Positions 22,943-36,557 of a DNA stretch of 64,000 nt are shown piece by piece. Each line of letters opens with the position of its first letter. The first letter of the stretch is position 1. The position numbers and the translations under genes are program-made. Below the pieces are notes generated by a model that saw nothing but the letters and a program-made list of their open reading frames with translations, was not told the origin of the DNA and ran no database searches. Origin of the DNA: Octopus vulgaris (taxonomy: Eukaryota); NCBI GenBank assembly GCA_951406725.2, contig OX597828.1, forward strand, positions 69,750,001 through 69,814,000. The letters are read 5' to 3'.

Positions 22943-23845
22943 ATCATCCTCATTGTTGTTTAACGTCCGTTTTCCATGCTGGCATGGGTTGGACAGTTCG
23001 ACTGGGGTCTGGAAAGCCAGGAGGCTGTACCAGACTCCAGTCTGATCTGGCAATGTTTCTACAGTTGGATGCCCTTCCTAACACTAACCGCTCTGAGAGT
23101 GTTTTGTGGGTGCTTTTTACGTGCCACCGATACAGGGGCCAGAGGGAGCTGGCATCAACCACATTCGGATGGTGCTTTTTCCATGCCACCAGCACGGGGA
23201 CCACAACTACAATTTCCATTTGGTTTGATGTCGATGTACTTGACTCAATAGGTTTCTTCAAGCACAGCATGTCACCCTACGATCCAAGATACTTTTGAGT
23301 GGGCTGGTTATGTGACACTGGGGTAGGTTACATCTGTGGACTCACTTTATTTGTCAGGTCTTCTCAGTCACAGGCATATCTCCAGAGGTCTCTGTCTTTC
23401 GTCATTTCCTCTGTGAGGCCCAACGTTCGAAGGTCATGCTTCACTGCTGCATCCCATGTCTTCTTGGGTCTCCCTCTACCCCAAATTCCTTAAACTGTTT
23501 GAGAGTGACACTTCTTCACACATCTCTCCTCATCCATCCGTTGTACATGACCATACCAACGCAAACATCTCTCTTGCACGCCACATCCATTGCTTCTTAT
23601 GTCCAACATTTCTCTCAGGGAACTTACACTCTGTCGTGAGTGCACACTGACATTGCACATCCAGCGGATCGTGCTAGCTTCATTTCTTTTGAGCCTACGC
23701 ATGTCTTTGGCAGTTAAGGCCCATGTTTCACTGCCGTGAAGCATGGCAGTTCACACACTTGCATCATACAATCTACCTTTCACTCTGAGTGAGAGGCCCT
23801 TTGTCACCACCAGGGGCAAAAGGTGTCTGAACTTCTTTGCCCAGG
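22943..23845 (-). mobile_element. 5'-truncated copy of the RTE LINE (C-terminal ORF plus 3'UTR)
   Basis: MLHGSETWA...WYGHVQRMDEERCVKKC matches 35479-35877. Shared 3'UTR and CAT-repeat tail. Confidence 0.9.
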
Positions 23846-24106
23846 CATGATCCCAAAAGTAAATAGCTTCATTTTGAAATATTTGTTTCTGGAAACACAA
23901 ATAATGTCGTTTGATGTATTTAAATACTTAATCTAGGTTTTAGTAGAAGTCTTTGTGTAGTTTTTTAATCATTTAACTTGTTTGGCCATCGTACTAATGA
24001 ATAGTATTCACACAGATCAGTAAGGAAGGGGGAAAGGGGTCTATTTACTTTTGAACTGTGTGTAAGCACAGATGTGCATGTGCGTGTGTCTGTGCATGTA
24101 TATATG

Positions 24107-24158
<52 letters not shown>

Positions 24159-24319
24159 GGAAGTGGAAATGCAAAATCCAGATGTGTTTCAATTCCAGCA
24201 AGAAACAACAAAGAAGAGTGGACAGCTGCGTCCTGCTACAGCCTCACACATCAAAACAATGACCAGAGTTCACTAACAATATATATACATATATATATAC
24301 ATATATATATATGTATATG

Positions 24320-24552
24320 TGTGGAGGCACATGGACTAGTGGTTAGAGCAGCGGACTTGCAGTTGAGGGATCGAGAGTTCGAATCTCAGCAGACCGGCCA
24401 ATGTGTGTGTTTATGAGCAAAAAAACGTAAGCACCATGCAGCTCTGCCAGAAGGTAATGGTGAACTTCTGCTGACTCTTTTGCCACAACTTTCTCTCACT
24501 CTTTCCTCCTGCCTCTAGCAGCTCACCTGCGACGGACCAGCGTCCCGTCCAG

Positions 24553-24553
<1 letters not shown>
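24320..24553 (+). mobile_element. tRNA-derived SINE, family C, with a V-SINE-like 3' motif
   Basis: TGGACTAGTGGTTAGAGC A box, GAGTTCGAATCTC B box, CCTGCGACGGACCAGCGTCCCGTCCAGG near the end. Confidence 0.65.
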
Positions 24554-25282
<729 letters not shown>

Positions 25283-25427
25283 ATCATCATCATTGCTTAA
25301 CATACTTCCATGCTGGCATGGGTGGGATGGTTTATCAGGAGCTGGCCAAGCAGAAGCCTGTACCAAATTTCTGTTTTGGCAGGATTTTTACAGCTGGATG
25401 CCCTTCCTAACACCAACCACTCTGCAG

Positions 25428-25482
<55 letters not shown>

Positions 25483-25661
25483 ATACATACACACACATTA
25501 TAGGCTTCTTTCAGTTTCCACCTACCAAGTCCACTCACAAGGCTTTGTTCTGCCTGAGACCATAGTAAAAGACACTTACCAAAGGTGCCATACAATGAGA
25601 CCGAACCCAGAACCATGTGGCTGCGAAGCAAGTTTCTTACCACACAGCCACACCTGACACT

Positions 25662-25711
<50 letters not shown>

Positions 25712-25760
25712 CTTTTAGAAAGCCGACTGTAACTTTGAAGTGTCAGCTTGCTTTGCCTTC

Positions 25761-25808
25761 ATGAAGCTGATGAAGACCAAACAGGCTGAAACTGCAATGT
25801 CCATCTTC
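25761..25808 (+). ncRNA. Hammerhead-like motif in a (TA)n-flanked insert
   Basis: gaag CTGATGA agacc aaac aggct GAAA ctgcaatg TC catcttc. Confidence 0.5.
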
Positions 25809-25996
25809 TCCTCATGTACTTTACTTAAAATTCCTTGAGCAATCCCTTCAGTTTAATGTTAAATGGTTTATATATAACATTATGTAACTAGGAGTGGCTA
25901 TGGTCAGTGTGTGATGCTTTTGCCATCAAGTTTTGGCTCTTAGCAGTAATAACATTAAATTCTCACCATTAAACAAACATTATGGTGTGTGTATGC

Positions 25997-26037
<41 letters not shown>

Positions 26038-28076
26038 AAGAAGAGTGATCAGTATACGTGTGGGGTACCGACAGAAGAGGGAGACCAAGGAGGACATGAG
26101 ACAAAGTGGTGAGGACTGATACGAGGCTGTTGGATCTCACGGAGGAAATGATAATGGACTAAGATGCCTGGTGATATGAAGTTCTTGAGAAGACCCACCC
26201 ATGTCAGAGTTCCAGAAACATTGTGTTCCACCCACACATAACAAGAAGACTTTCCACATGCCCCACCCCAACAAACCAAACCACATCTCTTCTCTTCCTC
26301 ATATCTTTCATGCAGCCTGCTTACCTCTCACTCTCCAATGCTCTCCTCACTGTATCATTGCTATCCAGCAGCCCCATCTCCTCTATATACCAAGGTTTCC
26401 ACCACTCCATTCCCCTCCCCCACTCTCTACTCATGCTTCTTTGGCAATGCCCTGCCACTTACATTACGATCTCCGTACTTCAAGGATATGCCCTGACACT
26501 CTCTCTCTCTCTTCTCTTTTATTCGACCATCCCATTTATATTCTGATCCTGTCCTATGTGAGTATGCCCAACATTTTGCCACCATCTCTCTCCTGTTCCT
26601 TCTTGCATTCCTGCTGTCTTCCACTCTCTCTCTTTCTCTCTTCCTGCTCTTCCTTCAGGCTGGATAACCATGTATTTCCTTTACAGCAGCACACCTGCTT
26701 CAGTTCTCATTTATCTCTCCTCTCACTCCCTCCCTCTAACCACCTACCTGCCCTACAGCAAGACACCTGTTTCTGTCTATCTCACTATATAACCTTTCAC
26801 CACGTGACACAAGGTCCCCTCTTCCAACGCCCCCTCCCCTCTCAAAGGATCTTTATCTTGCAAGTTACTTGCTGACCCCACCAGTGCTGGTGCCACATAG
26901 AAAGCATCCAGTCCACACTGTAAAGTGGTTGGTGCTTGGAAGGGCATCCAGCTATGAAAACCATACCGAACTGACCTTGCTTGTGCTTGTGCCACGTAAA
27001 AAGCACTCAGTCCATTCTGCTAGGTGGTTGGTGTTAGGAAGAGCATCCAGCCGTAAAAACCCTGTCAAAAGAGACAGAGAAGTCTGTTGCAGGCCCCTGC
27101 CAGGCCAGCTCCTGTGAAGCGGTCCAATCCATGCCAGTATGGAAATTGGATGTTAAACGATGATGATGATGATATATATATATATATATATTAGAAGGTT
27201 TGGAGATGATGTACAGGTATTTTATATTAGAAGAAATGAGGTACTCAGAAATTCGGATGGTTTTATATTTACAGATATTTATTTGTATATCACATGTTTT
27301 TATACATCATATATTAGCGCTTTCGTCCATTCTAGTGGAGTTTTCAAATTGAACTAAGTTCTTGGGGAAAATTTGACCATTTTTATAGTGTTATTGAGTG
27401 TGTAGTGGTGGGGAGAGATATAAGATAGTACATGAGGGTGATGAATGGGGAGAAAGTGAGAGAGCATGTGTGTGTGTTTTTGTATCTGAAAGGAGTCTAT
27501 ATATATATATATACATACACACACACACTTTGCTTGCCACTCCACTTTGCTTTGGCATCACTCATCTGCTTCAGCATATTTCCTCCTGTTGTTAGAATCC
27601 TTGGTGTGGGCCTTAAAGGGAAAGGACAATTTTAACAGAACCCCCTGTTTGGATGATTCTGAGATCAGTAATACAAACCATTCAGAATTGTTGGTTTATA
27701 TTTTGAAAGACTTTTTGAGAATCATGGTAACACAGTCCGTAACGCAGACTGGCACAATCTGCACTGGCACAGGGGAAATGCTAAACTGATGATGATGATG
27801 GTGGTGGAGATAATCAGGAAATTGTCCAGATAGTTTTACTTTGGACATTTGTATGGTCAGTAATTCCTTTTTTGACCACTAGCACTCACCCACCCACCCA
27901 AGGTAACCAGGCCCTTTCCTCCTTACAATGTACAACAAACCAACATAGTATCATAACGCCATAATAAAATCACTAATATGTAATCCCCCACCTCCTCCCC
28001 AAACCATCTCCTCCACCACCACTACTACTACCATGTGGTTGCTCAACCTGCTAAAAATAGCTGCCAACTACCTTAA

Positions 28077-28453
28077 CCCTTTCATTAGTGTATTTATTTT
28101 GAGATGCTCTGTGTTTCTTTCAATTAATTTTAAACATAACAAAGAGTTTAGTAAAATAACTTAGTTATCATTAAGCTAGGGTTAGGAACATAAATTGTGA
28201 TTAAGGTTTGGTGGAAGATTTTAATTCAGAACTTATGAAAACAAGACATTTAGGAGTGGCTGTGTGGTAAGTAGCTAGCTTACCAACCACAAGGTTCCGG
28301 GACTGAACCCAACCACATGGTTCTGGGTTCAGTCCCACTGTGTGGCACTTTGGGCAAGTGTCTTCTACTATACCCTCGGGCCGACCAAACCTTGTGAGTG
28401 GATTTGGTAGATGGAAACTGAAAGAAGCCCGTCGTATATATGTATATATGTGT

Positions 28454-28485
<32 letters not shown>

Positions 28486-28720
28486 TTGTGTGTCTGTGTT
28501 TGTTCCCCCAACATTGCTTGACAACTGATGCTGGTGTAACTTAGCAGTTCAGCAAAAGAGACCAATAGAATAAGTACTAGGCTTACAAAGAATAAGTCCT
28601 AGGGTCGATTTGCTCAACTATAAAGGCGGTGCTCCAGCATGACCACAGTCAAATGACTGAAAAGAGTAAAAGAGTACTACAGAGCCGGAGACGATTTCAG
28701 CCAGGTTGGTATCAGAAGGG
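28077..28720. mobile_element. piggyBac-type MITE split by a SINE at about 28252-28675
   Basis: The MITE body breaks at AAGACATTT and resumes at GTACTACAGAGCC. Confidence 0.8.
28252..28675 (+). mobile_element. tRNA-derived CORE-like SINE, family A (copies near 925-1460-, 4850-5210-, 18550-18932-, 36567-36920+, 41040-41345+, 46070-46742-, 57960-58612+, 59020-59420-)
   Basis: A-box/B-box-like head (TGGCTGTGTGGTAAG, GGTTCAGTCCC), MIR/CORE-like TTGGGCAAGTG, internal (TG)n, conserved tail GCATGGCCGCAGTCAAATGACTGAAAC. Confidence 0.85.
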
Positions 28721-29257
28721 TTCAACAAAGCAGGTGACATATGATGATGTAGTACTAGATACACCATGACTGAAAATAAAACTGGATGGTCATAGTTGGA
28801 ACACCTTTGATGATAGGTCAATCAAGAAAGAAATGGAACTAAACAACAACAGACTGTCAAGAAAGGCAATTAACAGATTCAAGTATTTAGATGATTAAAT
28901 CTGACATCGTTAAGGTTCTACCTGAACTGACATGGAGAACAGATGGAAGGAAATAAATAATAATGATAACAATCACCACCTTGCTGCCAAACATCACCAC
29001 AGCCACACCACCACCATCATCATCGCTTTCACTGCCATCCCCCTCCACTTCCTCCTCATCTATCAACAACAACTTCCACATGAGACTGACACATTCCGTC
29101 ACCAGTGTCCCAAGTTCTTCACAATTGGCATTACAGCCCTTCATTCAGATCTTAGCCTTGGATGTATCTTCCCAAGGGTCAATGGTTGGAAGTAGACTCG
29201 GTTAGTGGAAAGGAACAAACAAACAAATATGCAAGAAGAGGAAGACATCAAGGTTAC

Positions 29258-29370
29258 CTGGCAGGTTTTGCCGAGACCCATTTCATCTCCAAGGATACAG
29301 CCATGTTTGTTGTAGTATTGTGACAGCAACCAGTTCACCCCTGACAACTGGTATTCGTGGAGTTCAAGGT
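29258..29370 (-). CDS. CHD1L: CHD1L exon 2 ([16 protein letters not shown]...[15 protein letters not shown]; Q motif and Walker A)
   Basis: TTCAG acceptor, CAG|GTAAC donor, 113 nt. [11 protein letters not shown] is the CHD1L-type motif I. Confidence 0.93.
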
Positions 29371-29445
29371 CTGAATCAGAAGAAAGAACAATTAAACAAC
29401 AAAAACCACAAATCTTTACATCCAACTTAACACGGACGTACTGTG

Positions 29446-29626
29446 AGAACACAAAATACTGCATTGTTAGCCTTGAGAGATTCTCCCATATGGGGGGCTT
29501 GGTGCATAAAAGCATTCACAGAGTTCCAGTGCCCATGACCGGTGATTCTCATCTGCTACGATCTAGGAGTGAGCTTTTATACACCAAGCTGCTATAAGAG
29601 AAGATCTCTCAAGGATTTTGTATTCT
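29446..29626. repeat. Imperfect hairpin about 75 nt upstream of the exon 2 acceptor
   Basis: CCTTGAGAGAT..GCTTGGTGCATAAAAGC pairs with GCTTTTATACACCAAGC..ATCTCTCAAGG. Confidence 0.7.
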
Positions 29627-30251
29627 AACAAGACACCCACATCTATAAAGATTATCCTTTGGTACTAATACTGCTTCTGTCACTAATTAATTAATTAATT
29701 AATAATAATAATCCTTTCTGTTATAGGTGCAAGGTCTGATATTTTAGGAGTGGGTTTGTCAATTACATTGATCCCCATGCATAACTGGTACTTATTTTAT
29801 TGACTCTGAAAAAAAGAACAGCTAAGTTGACCATGGCAGACTTTACACTCAGAACATAGGAATAGATGAAATGCCATTAAGCAGTTTTGTCTGGGATGCA
29901 AAGAATTCTGCCAGCTTGCCACCTTAGTAATAACAATGGTTTCAAATTTTGGCACAGAGCCTGCAGCCTCTGAAGGAAGGAGAACAGTTGATTACATCGA
30001 CCCCAAGTACTTGACTGGTACTTATTTGACCAACCCCAAAAGGATGAAAGGCAAAGTCAACCTTGGCAGAATTTGAACTCAGGATGTAAAGACGGACGAA
30101 ATGCCACTAAGCACTCAACTATAAGTGTGTTTCATAGCAGAAACAGCTGTAAGCCTATGAAGTTCATTTCACAATTTCTTATTCACTTGTCATTTTAGTT
30201 TCTTATATACATGTGTGTGTGTGTGTGTGTGTGTGTGCGCGTGTGTGTGTG

Positions 30252-30299
<48 letters not shown>

Positions 30300-30309
30300 T
30301 ATATATATA

Positions 30310-30589
30310 TATATATTTATATAAATACAGTGTACATTTAAACACATAAGAGGTATCCCTCATAGGTTTCCTTGCACGCTAGAAAGGACAGTTAAATTCC
30401 AAACCGCTATTAGGGATAAAGTTTCGAAGGGAATGAAAAATAAAAACATTTACCATTATCTTTAATTCCCTTCAAAATTTTATCCCTAATAGTGGTTTGG
30501 AATTTAACTGTCCTTTCTAGCGTGCAAGGAATCCTATGACGGATACCTCTTATGTGTTTAAATGTACACTGTATTTATATAAATATATA
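30310..30589. repeat. Near-perfect 125-bp-arm inverted repeat between (TA)n tracts
   Basis: Arms 30310-30434 and 30465-30589. Confidence 0.9.
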
Positions 30590-30895
30590 GTCTATTGACT
30601 AAATTTTTTACACGCTAGGCCACTGGTAAAGGAAATTTTAAATATTTCTGATTACCCTTTGATATTGTTAATTATATATATATATATATATACTTTATTT
30701 AAAGCAGCAGAAAATTCCCGTTGCTGCTTTAAATAAAGCATATTACTCTACCACTGGTATTTGAGTACTCTTTTTTCCACCTTGTTTCACATTTATGTGC
30801 TTACTCCGGTATATATAAATATACATATATATATATATTAAATTCAACTTTTGTTGAAAGTCAACAAACAAAATTTTCTTTAGAAGTGTTGAAAA

Positions 30896-31052
30896 ATAAG
30901 GAAATTATTTTATTCTCAACTGCAGGATAATGCTAATAACATAGCATGAACAGGATAAACCATCCATATTTTGCAGGAATATGGATAGTTTACCCTGTTC
31001 ATGCTATATTATTAGCATTTCCCTGCAGTTGAGAATAAAATTATTTCCTTAT
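30896..31052. repeat. Near-perfect hairpin (about 75-bp arms, very short loop); a small hairpin also lies at 30692-30740
   Basis: ATAAGGAAATTATTTTATTCTCAACTGCAGG pairs with CCTGCAGTTGAGAATAAAATTATTTCCTTAT. Confidence 0.85.
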
Positions 31053-31969
31053 CTTTATTATATTGAAATGCAGTGAGAATGGATTTTGAGTAGCTGTTAA
31101 CTTAGTGTAATTTTATTTTACTTTAAGGTATGGAAGACATAAGTTTACTCTTAACCTCCTTGTTCTTCTAAACACCTGTTAAATAACTAACTCACTTTGT
31201 AATCATGAGTGCACCTAGCCTTGCGTGTGCATATGCTCACATCTTTGCTAATGCTTGTAGGAGTGGGTGTACTCGTGCCATGCAGCTTGCTCGAGGGCGT
31301 TTATACATCCATATCTGTTTTCAATACTTTTCTCACTGGATTAAGTGTTCGTTTCTCTTTTTCATCATCATCATCATCATCATTATCGTTTAACGTCTGC
31401 CTTCCATGCTAGCATGGGTTGGACGATTTTCACTGAGGGCTGGCGAACCAGATGGCTGCACCAGGCTCCAATCTTGATCTGGCAGAGTTTCTACAGCTGG
31501 ATGCCCTTCCTAACGCCAACCACTCCGAGAGTGTAGTTGATGCTTTTTACATGCCACCAGCAGGGGGTCAGTCAGGCAGTACTGGCAATGACCTCGCTTG
31601 AATCTTTTTACACATGCCACCAGCACAGGTGCCAGTAAGGCGATGCTGGTAACGATCACACTTTTTGTCTTCTGCAATCTTATTTTTCTGTCTTATATAT
31701 ATATATATATACATGAAGAATTTTCCTGCTCTGGCTGTCTTTCTCTCTACAAAACAATGTTTCATTGTGGAACAGTCATTTTAACGAGTTGTTTTTATTT
31801 ATTCATCACCCAATGAGATACATCTGCACCACCGGATACTCCTGAACCAGGTGTTGAGCGTCCCACAAGAAGAATCGATGCTAGATGTGTCGAAACAATT
31901 GTCGTATTTAATAATATATTCTTGTATATTCCATCCTCTGTCTTTCATTTGTTTATATTTATATTTACA

Positions 31970-32032
31970 TATATATATATACACACACACATATATATAT
32001 ATATAACACACACACACACAATATATATATAT

Positions 32033-32077
<45 letters not shown>

Positions 32078-32276
32078 ATATATATATAAACACACACACA
32101 CATATATATATACACACACACACATATATATATATATAACACACACACACAATATATATATAAACACACACACACAAAAAAAAACACACACACACACATA
32201 TATATATATATAACACACACACACAATATATATATATATACACACACACACATATATATATATAACACACACACAC

Positions 32277-32307
<31 letters not shown>

Positions 32308-32308
32308 A

Positions 32309-32341
<33 letters not shown>

Positions 32342-32353
32342 TAATATATATAT

Positions 32354-32384
<31 letters not shown>

Positions 32385-32406
32385 CACACACACACATATA
32401 TATATG
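31970..32406. repeat. Compound (TA)n/(CA)n microsatellite
   Basis: Alternating blocks. Confidence 0.95.
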
Positions 32407-32584
32407 TACTGGTGCAAACAAGCTATCTTTAAAATAGCAGGTTTTACATTGGCTTCATATATTACCACATATTCCAATTTATTATTGCCTGGATACACTT
32501 TTTCAAGATCATTGACGAAAAGTTACTGGAAAAAGGATATAAATATTTGCATTGGGACTCCTTTCATCGAAAACCGGTGATTGT

Positions 32585-32629
32585 CGTGCACTGATGACGG
32601 GTCAATACCCAGAAACTGCAGTCCGTGCG
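32585..32629 (+). ncRNA. Minimal type I hammerhead-ribozyme-like motif
   Basis: CTGATGA (32591) c GGGT caat ACCC a GAAA CTGCAG TC. Intact catalytic core, stem II and palindromic stem III; stem I is imperfect. Confidence 0.7.
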
Positions 32630-32795
32630 TATCACATAGGTTGATGAGGGAAGGATGACCTCCCTTTGCAAAAATACCGATAGGGCACAGAAAGTGTGCC
32701 TTTAGCCAGCTGGAGATGTTCTCCTGGGGCTACAAGCTACAGTAACACCCACCCTTAGTGGTTAGCCATATTGAGATGCCAAATATACCTCACAT

Positions 32796-32829
<34 letters not shown>

Positions 32830-32832
<3 letters not shown>

Positions 32833-35800
32833 CGCTACTGTCTCCCGTCCCAGGGTCTCTAGGGCCCATACCTCCCACACCCTCAGGGTTGGCACTCAAC
32901 GGTAGGTCTGGTGAGATTGTTGAAATGCTTGAACGGAGAGGTGTTGATATGTGCTGCATCCAAGAAGGTGGAGAGGAGGTTCCGCTAGGTTCCTCTCAGG
33001 CAAAGAACACAGGTACAAGATTTTCTAGGCAGGGAACACTGATGGGGTTAGGGGTGTGGGTATACTTCTTGCAGAGAAATGGGTAGATAAGGTAATTGAG
33101 GTAGTCAGAGTATGCGACAGAATACTTAAGATTAGATTAGTGCCCCATCATGGGTTAGCAACCATTATCTCAGCCTATGCCCCTCAGCCAGGGCTGCCCG
33201 ATGGACAGAAAGACCGATTCTATGACACCCTCTTGCAGACTACCGCGTTGACGAAAAACAGGGACCGTCTCTTTGTGGCTGGCAACTTCAATGGACATGT
33301 TGGACAACATGTCAGGGGCTTCCATGGCATACATGGAGGCTACGGTTTTGGCTCTCGCAATGAGGAAGGAACTAGGCTGTTGGAGTTCTGTGACGCAAAT
33401 GATCTTATGGTTCGCAATACTAACTTCAGAAAACCTGCCAGCCACCTAGTCACCTACCGCTCTGGCAGACACACTAGTCAGATCGACTACATCCTCACCA
33501 GAAAAAGGGAAAGATGGCTGCTTATAAATGCCAAAAGCTTCCCAGGCAAAGAATGTACCCCACAACATAGACTAGTAGTTAGTGACTTCAGGATCAGGGC
33601 TAAATGAATGCCCAGAAGACGACCAGCAAGGAGAAGAAGGGTCTGGAGACTTAAAGATCCTGAAAATGGACAGAGATATAGAGACATATTACTCGAAGCC
33701 TTTGACGAAATAGAAGCTTCACATGGTATAGAAGACAACTGGAGGTTCCTACAGGACAACCTGCTAAGGGCCACCGACCAGATCTGTGGATGGTGCAAAG
33801 TCCCCTCCCGACCCAAAATAACGTTGTGGTGGTGGAACAATGTTGTTCACAGGGCTATTAGACAAAAGAAACAGGCTTGGAAGGACTGGAAGAACGGTGG
33901 TAGCCGGGAAGTGTATCAGACTGCCAGGAGGGAAGCTAGGAGGCAGGTTTATTTAGCCAGAGGGGAAGCAGATAAGAAAAAATTTGCCAATGTTCTGCGC
34001 CGTGAGGACGAAAGACTTGAGGTATTTCGTGTTGCAAGACAGTGTGTGAGAGAGAATCGTGACGTGGTAGGTGAGAAATGTATTCGCATGGATGATGGTT
34101 CATTTGCGCTGAGTGAGGATGCAAAGAGAGAGGTTTGGAGACACCATTATGAAAGGTTGCTGAGTAAGGAAAATGAATGGGATAAAGAGAGTCTGCCAAA
34201 TGTCGACCCAACAGAGGGACCAGCTATCCGAGTTGACAGTTCCTTAGTAGTTAAGGCAATTAGAAGCATGAAGACAGAGAAAGCCCCAGCCCATCAGAAA
34301 TTACTGCAGAGATGCTTAAAATATCTGGCAGTGTCAGCTATAGCCTAGTTACCCATATAGTCAACCAGGTGATACACGAAGGAGTCATACCCAATGACTG
34401 GTGTAGCAGTATAATAGTCAACTGCTACAAAGGTAAAGGTGACACTTTAGATACAAATAATTAGAGGTATCAAGCTGTTGGATCAGGTAATGAAGGTTAC
34501 AGAGAGGGTCATAGCCCAACTGATTAGGGAGAGAGTCAGCTTGGATGAGATGCAGTTTGGTTTCGTGCCAGGGAAAAGCACCACTGATGCTATATTTCTG
34601 GTAAGACAGCTGCAGGAGAAATACCTGGCCAAAGATAAGCCCTGTACCTGGCTTTCGTTGACATGGAGAAAGCCTGTGACAGGGTCCCCCGATTCCTTAT
34701 CTGGTGGTCAATGAAGAAACTAGGGATAGATGAATGGTTAGTGAGAGCTGTGCAAGCCATGTACAGGGACGCTGTAAGTAAGGTGAGGGTTGGCAACGAG
34801 TACACTGAAGAATTCAGGTTGGATGTTGGGGTCCACCAAGGTTCAGTCCTCAGCCCCCTCCTATTTATCATAGTCCTCCAGGCAATAACAGAGGAATTCA
34901 AGACAAGATGCCCCTGGGAGCTCCTATATGCTGATGACCTTGCTCTAATTGCTGAGTCACTATCAGAACTAGAGGCAAAGTTACAAGTGTGGAGACAAGG
35001 ATTAGAATCGAAGGGCCTTAGAATCAACCTAGCTAAAACCAAAGTCCTAATATGTAGAAAGGGAGGCAAACCACAAATCCCTTCAGGTTGATGGCCCTGC
35101 TGAATCTGTAGTAGAGGCGTAGGTAGAAACTCTATAAGATGTACCCAGTGTAAGCTACGGACACATAAGAGGTTCAGTAATATCAAAGGGAGGCTAACTG
35201 GGAAGAAAGTTTTTGTATGTGGCAGATGCTCAGGAGCAATAAACACTGAAAATGCGCAGAGACCAACTTCCGTCACATTCCAGGGAGAAAAACTAGAAGT
35301 AGTTGATAGCTTCAATTACCTAGGGGAAGTCAGTAGCGGGGGCGGGTGTGCTGAAAGTGTAACTGCTAGAGTAAGAATAGCTTGGGCAAAGTTTAGAGAG
35401 CTCTTACCTCTACTGGCGACAAAGGGCCTCTCGCTCAGAGTAAAAGGTAGACTGTATGACACTTGTGTATGAACAGCCATGCTACATGGCAGTGAAACAT
35501 GGGCTGTGACTGAGGACATGTGTAAGCTCGCAAGGAATGAAGCCAGTATGATCCGATGGATGTGTAAAGTCAGTGTGCATACTCGACTGAGTGTAAGTGC
35601 CTTGAGAGAAAAGTTGGACCTAAGAAGCATCAGATGTGGTGTGCAAGAGAGACGACTGTGCTGGTATGGTCATGTGGCGAGAATGGATGAGGACAGCTGT
35701 GTGAAAAAGTGCCACACCCTAGCGGTTGAGGGAACCTGTGGAAGAGGTAGACCCAGGAGGACCTCGGATGAAGTGGTGAAGCACGACCTTCGAACTTTAG

Positions 35801-36557
35801 GCCTCACCAAGGAAATGACTAGTGACCGAGACCTTTGGAAATATGCCGTGCGTGAGAAGACCCGGCAAGCCAAATGAAACCATAATCTCATGGTCTATGC
35901 CAGGGGCGTAACCAGCCCACTTGTGAGTAACCTTTTCCTTCTTTGGTCACTAAAACTCTGTTTGCGAAGACCTGTTGAGGCAAGTGAAATCAAATCAATG
36001 AAAATCAAAATCAAAATCGATGACTGGCGTCTGTGCTGGCAGGGTGCAAAGAGCACCATACAAGCGTGATCATTGACAGAGCAGCTAACCGGCTTCCATG
36101 CCAGTGGCACTTAAAGGGCACCATTCGAGCGAGATCATTACCAGTGTCGCCTTACTGGCACTTGTGCCCATGCTAGTAGGGTGCCAAGAGCACCATCCAA
36201 GTGTGATCGTTGCCAGAGCAGCCAACTGGCTTCCGTGCCAGTGGCACGTAAAAGGGCACCATTCGAGCGTGATCATTACCAAAGTCACCTTACTGGTACC
36301 TGTGCTGGTGGCATGTGTAAAAGGATTCAAGCGAGGTCGCTGCCAGTACCGCCTGACTGGCCCCCATGCCGGTGGCACGTAAAAGCACCCACTACACTCT
36401 CGGAGTGGTTGGCGTTAAGAAGGGCATACAGCTGTAGAAACTCTGCCAAATCAAGATTGGAGCCTGGTGTAACCATCTGGTTCACCAGCCCTCAGTCAAA
36501 ATCGTCCAACCATGCTAGCATGGAAAGTGGACATTAAACGATGATGATGATGATGAT
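32830..36557 (+). mobile_element. Near full-length RTE-clade LINE, inactivated by stops and frameshifts
   Basis: APE endonuclease (VDMCCIQE, SAYAPQ, GNFNGHVG, SQIDYIL, HRLVV), RT (QFGF..GKSTTDAIF, GVHQGSVLSPLLF, LLYADDL at 34921), C-terminal LxWYGHVARM...RGRPR, and a repeat-containing 3'UTR ending in (GAT)n. Embedded in (TA)n at both ends. Confidence 0.95.

Noticed and set aside
24320-24400. tRNA gene (also the head near 48790)
   Set aside because: A and B boxes are present but continue into SINE bodies, and no complete cloverleaf is evident.
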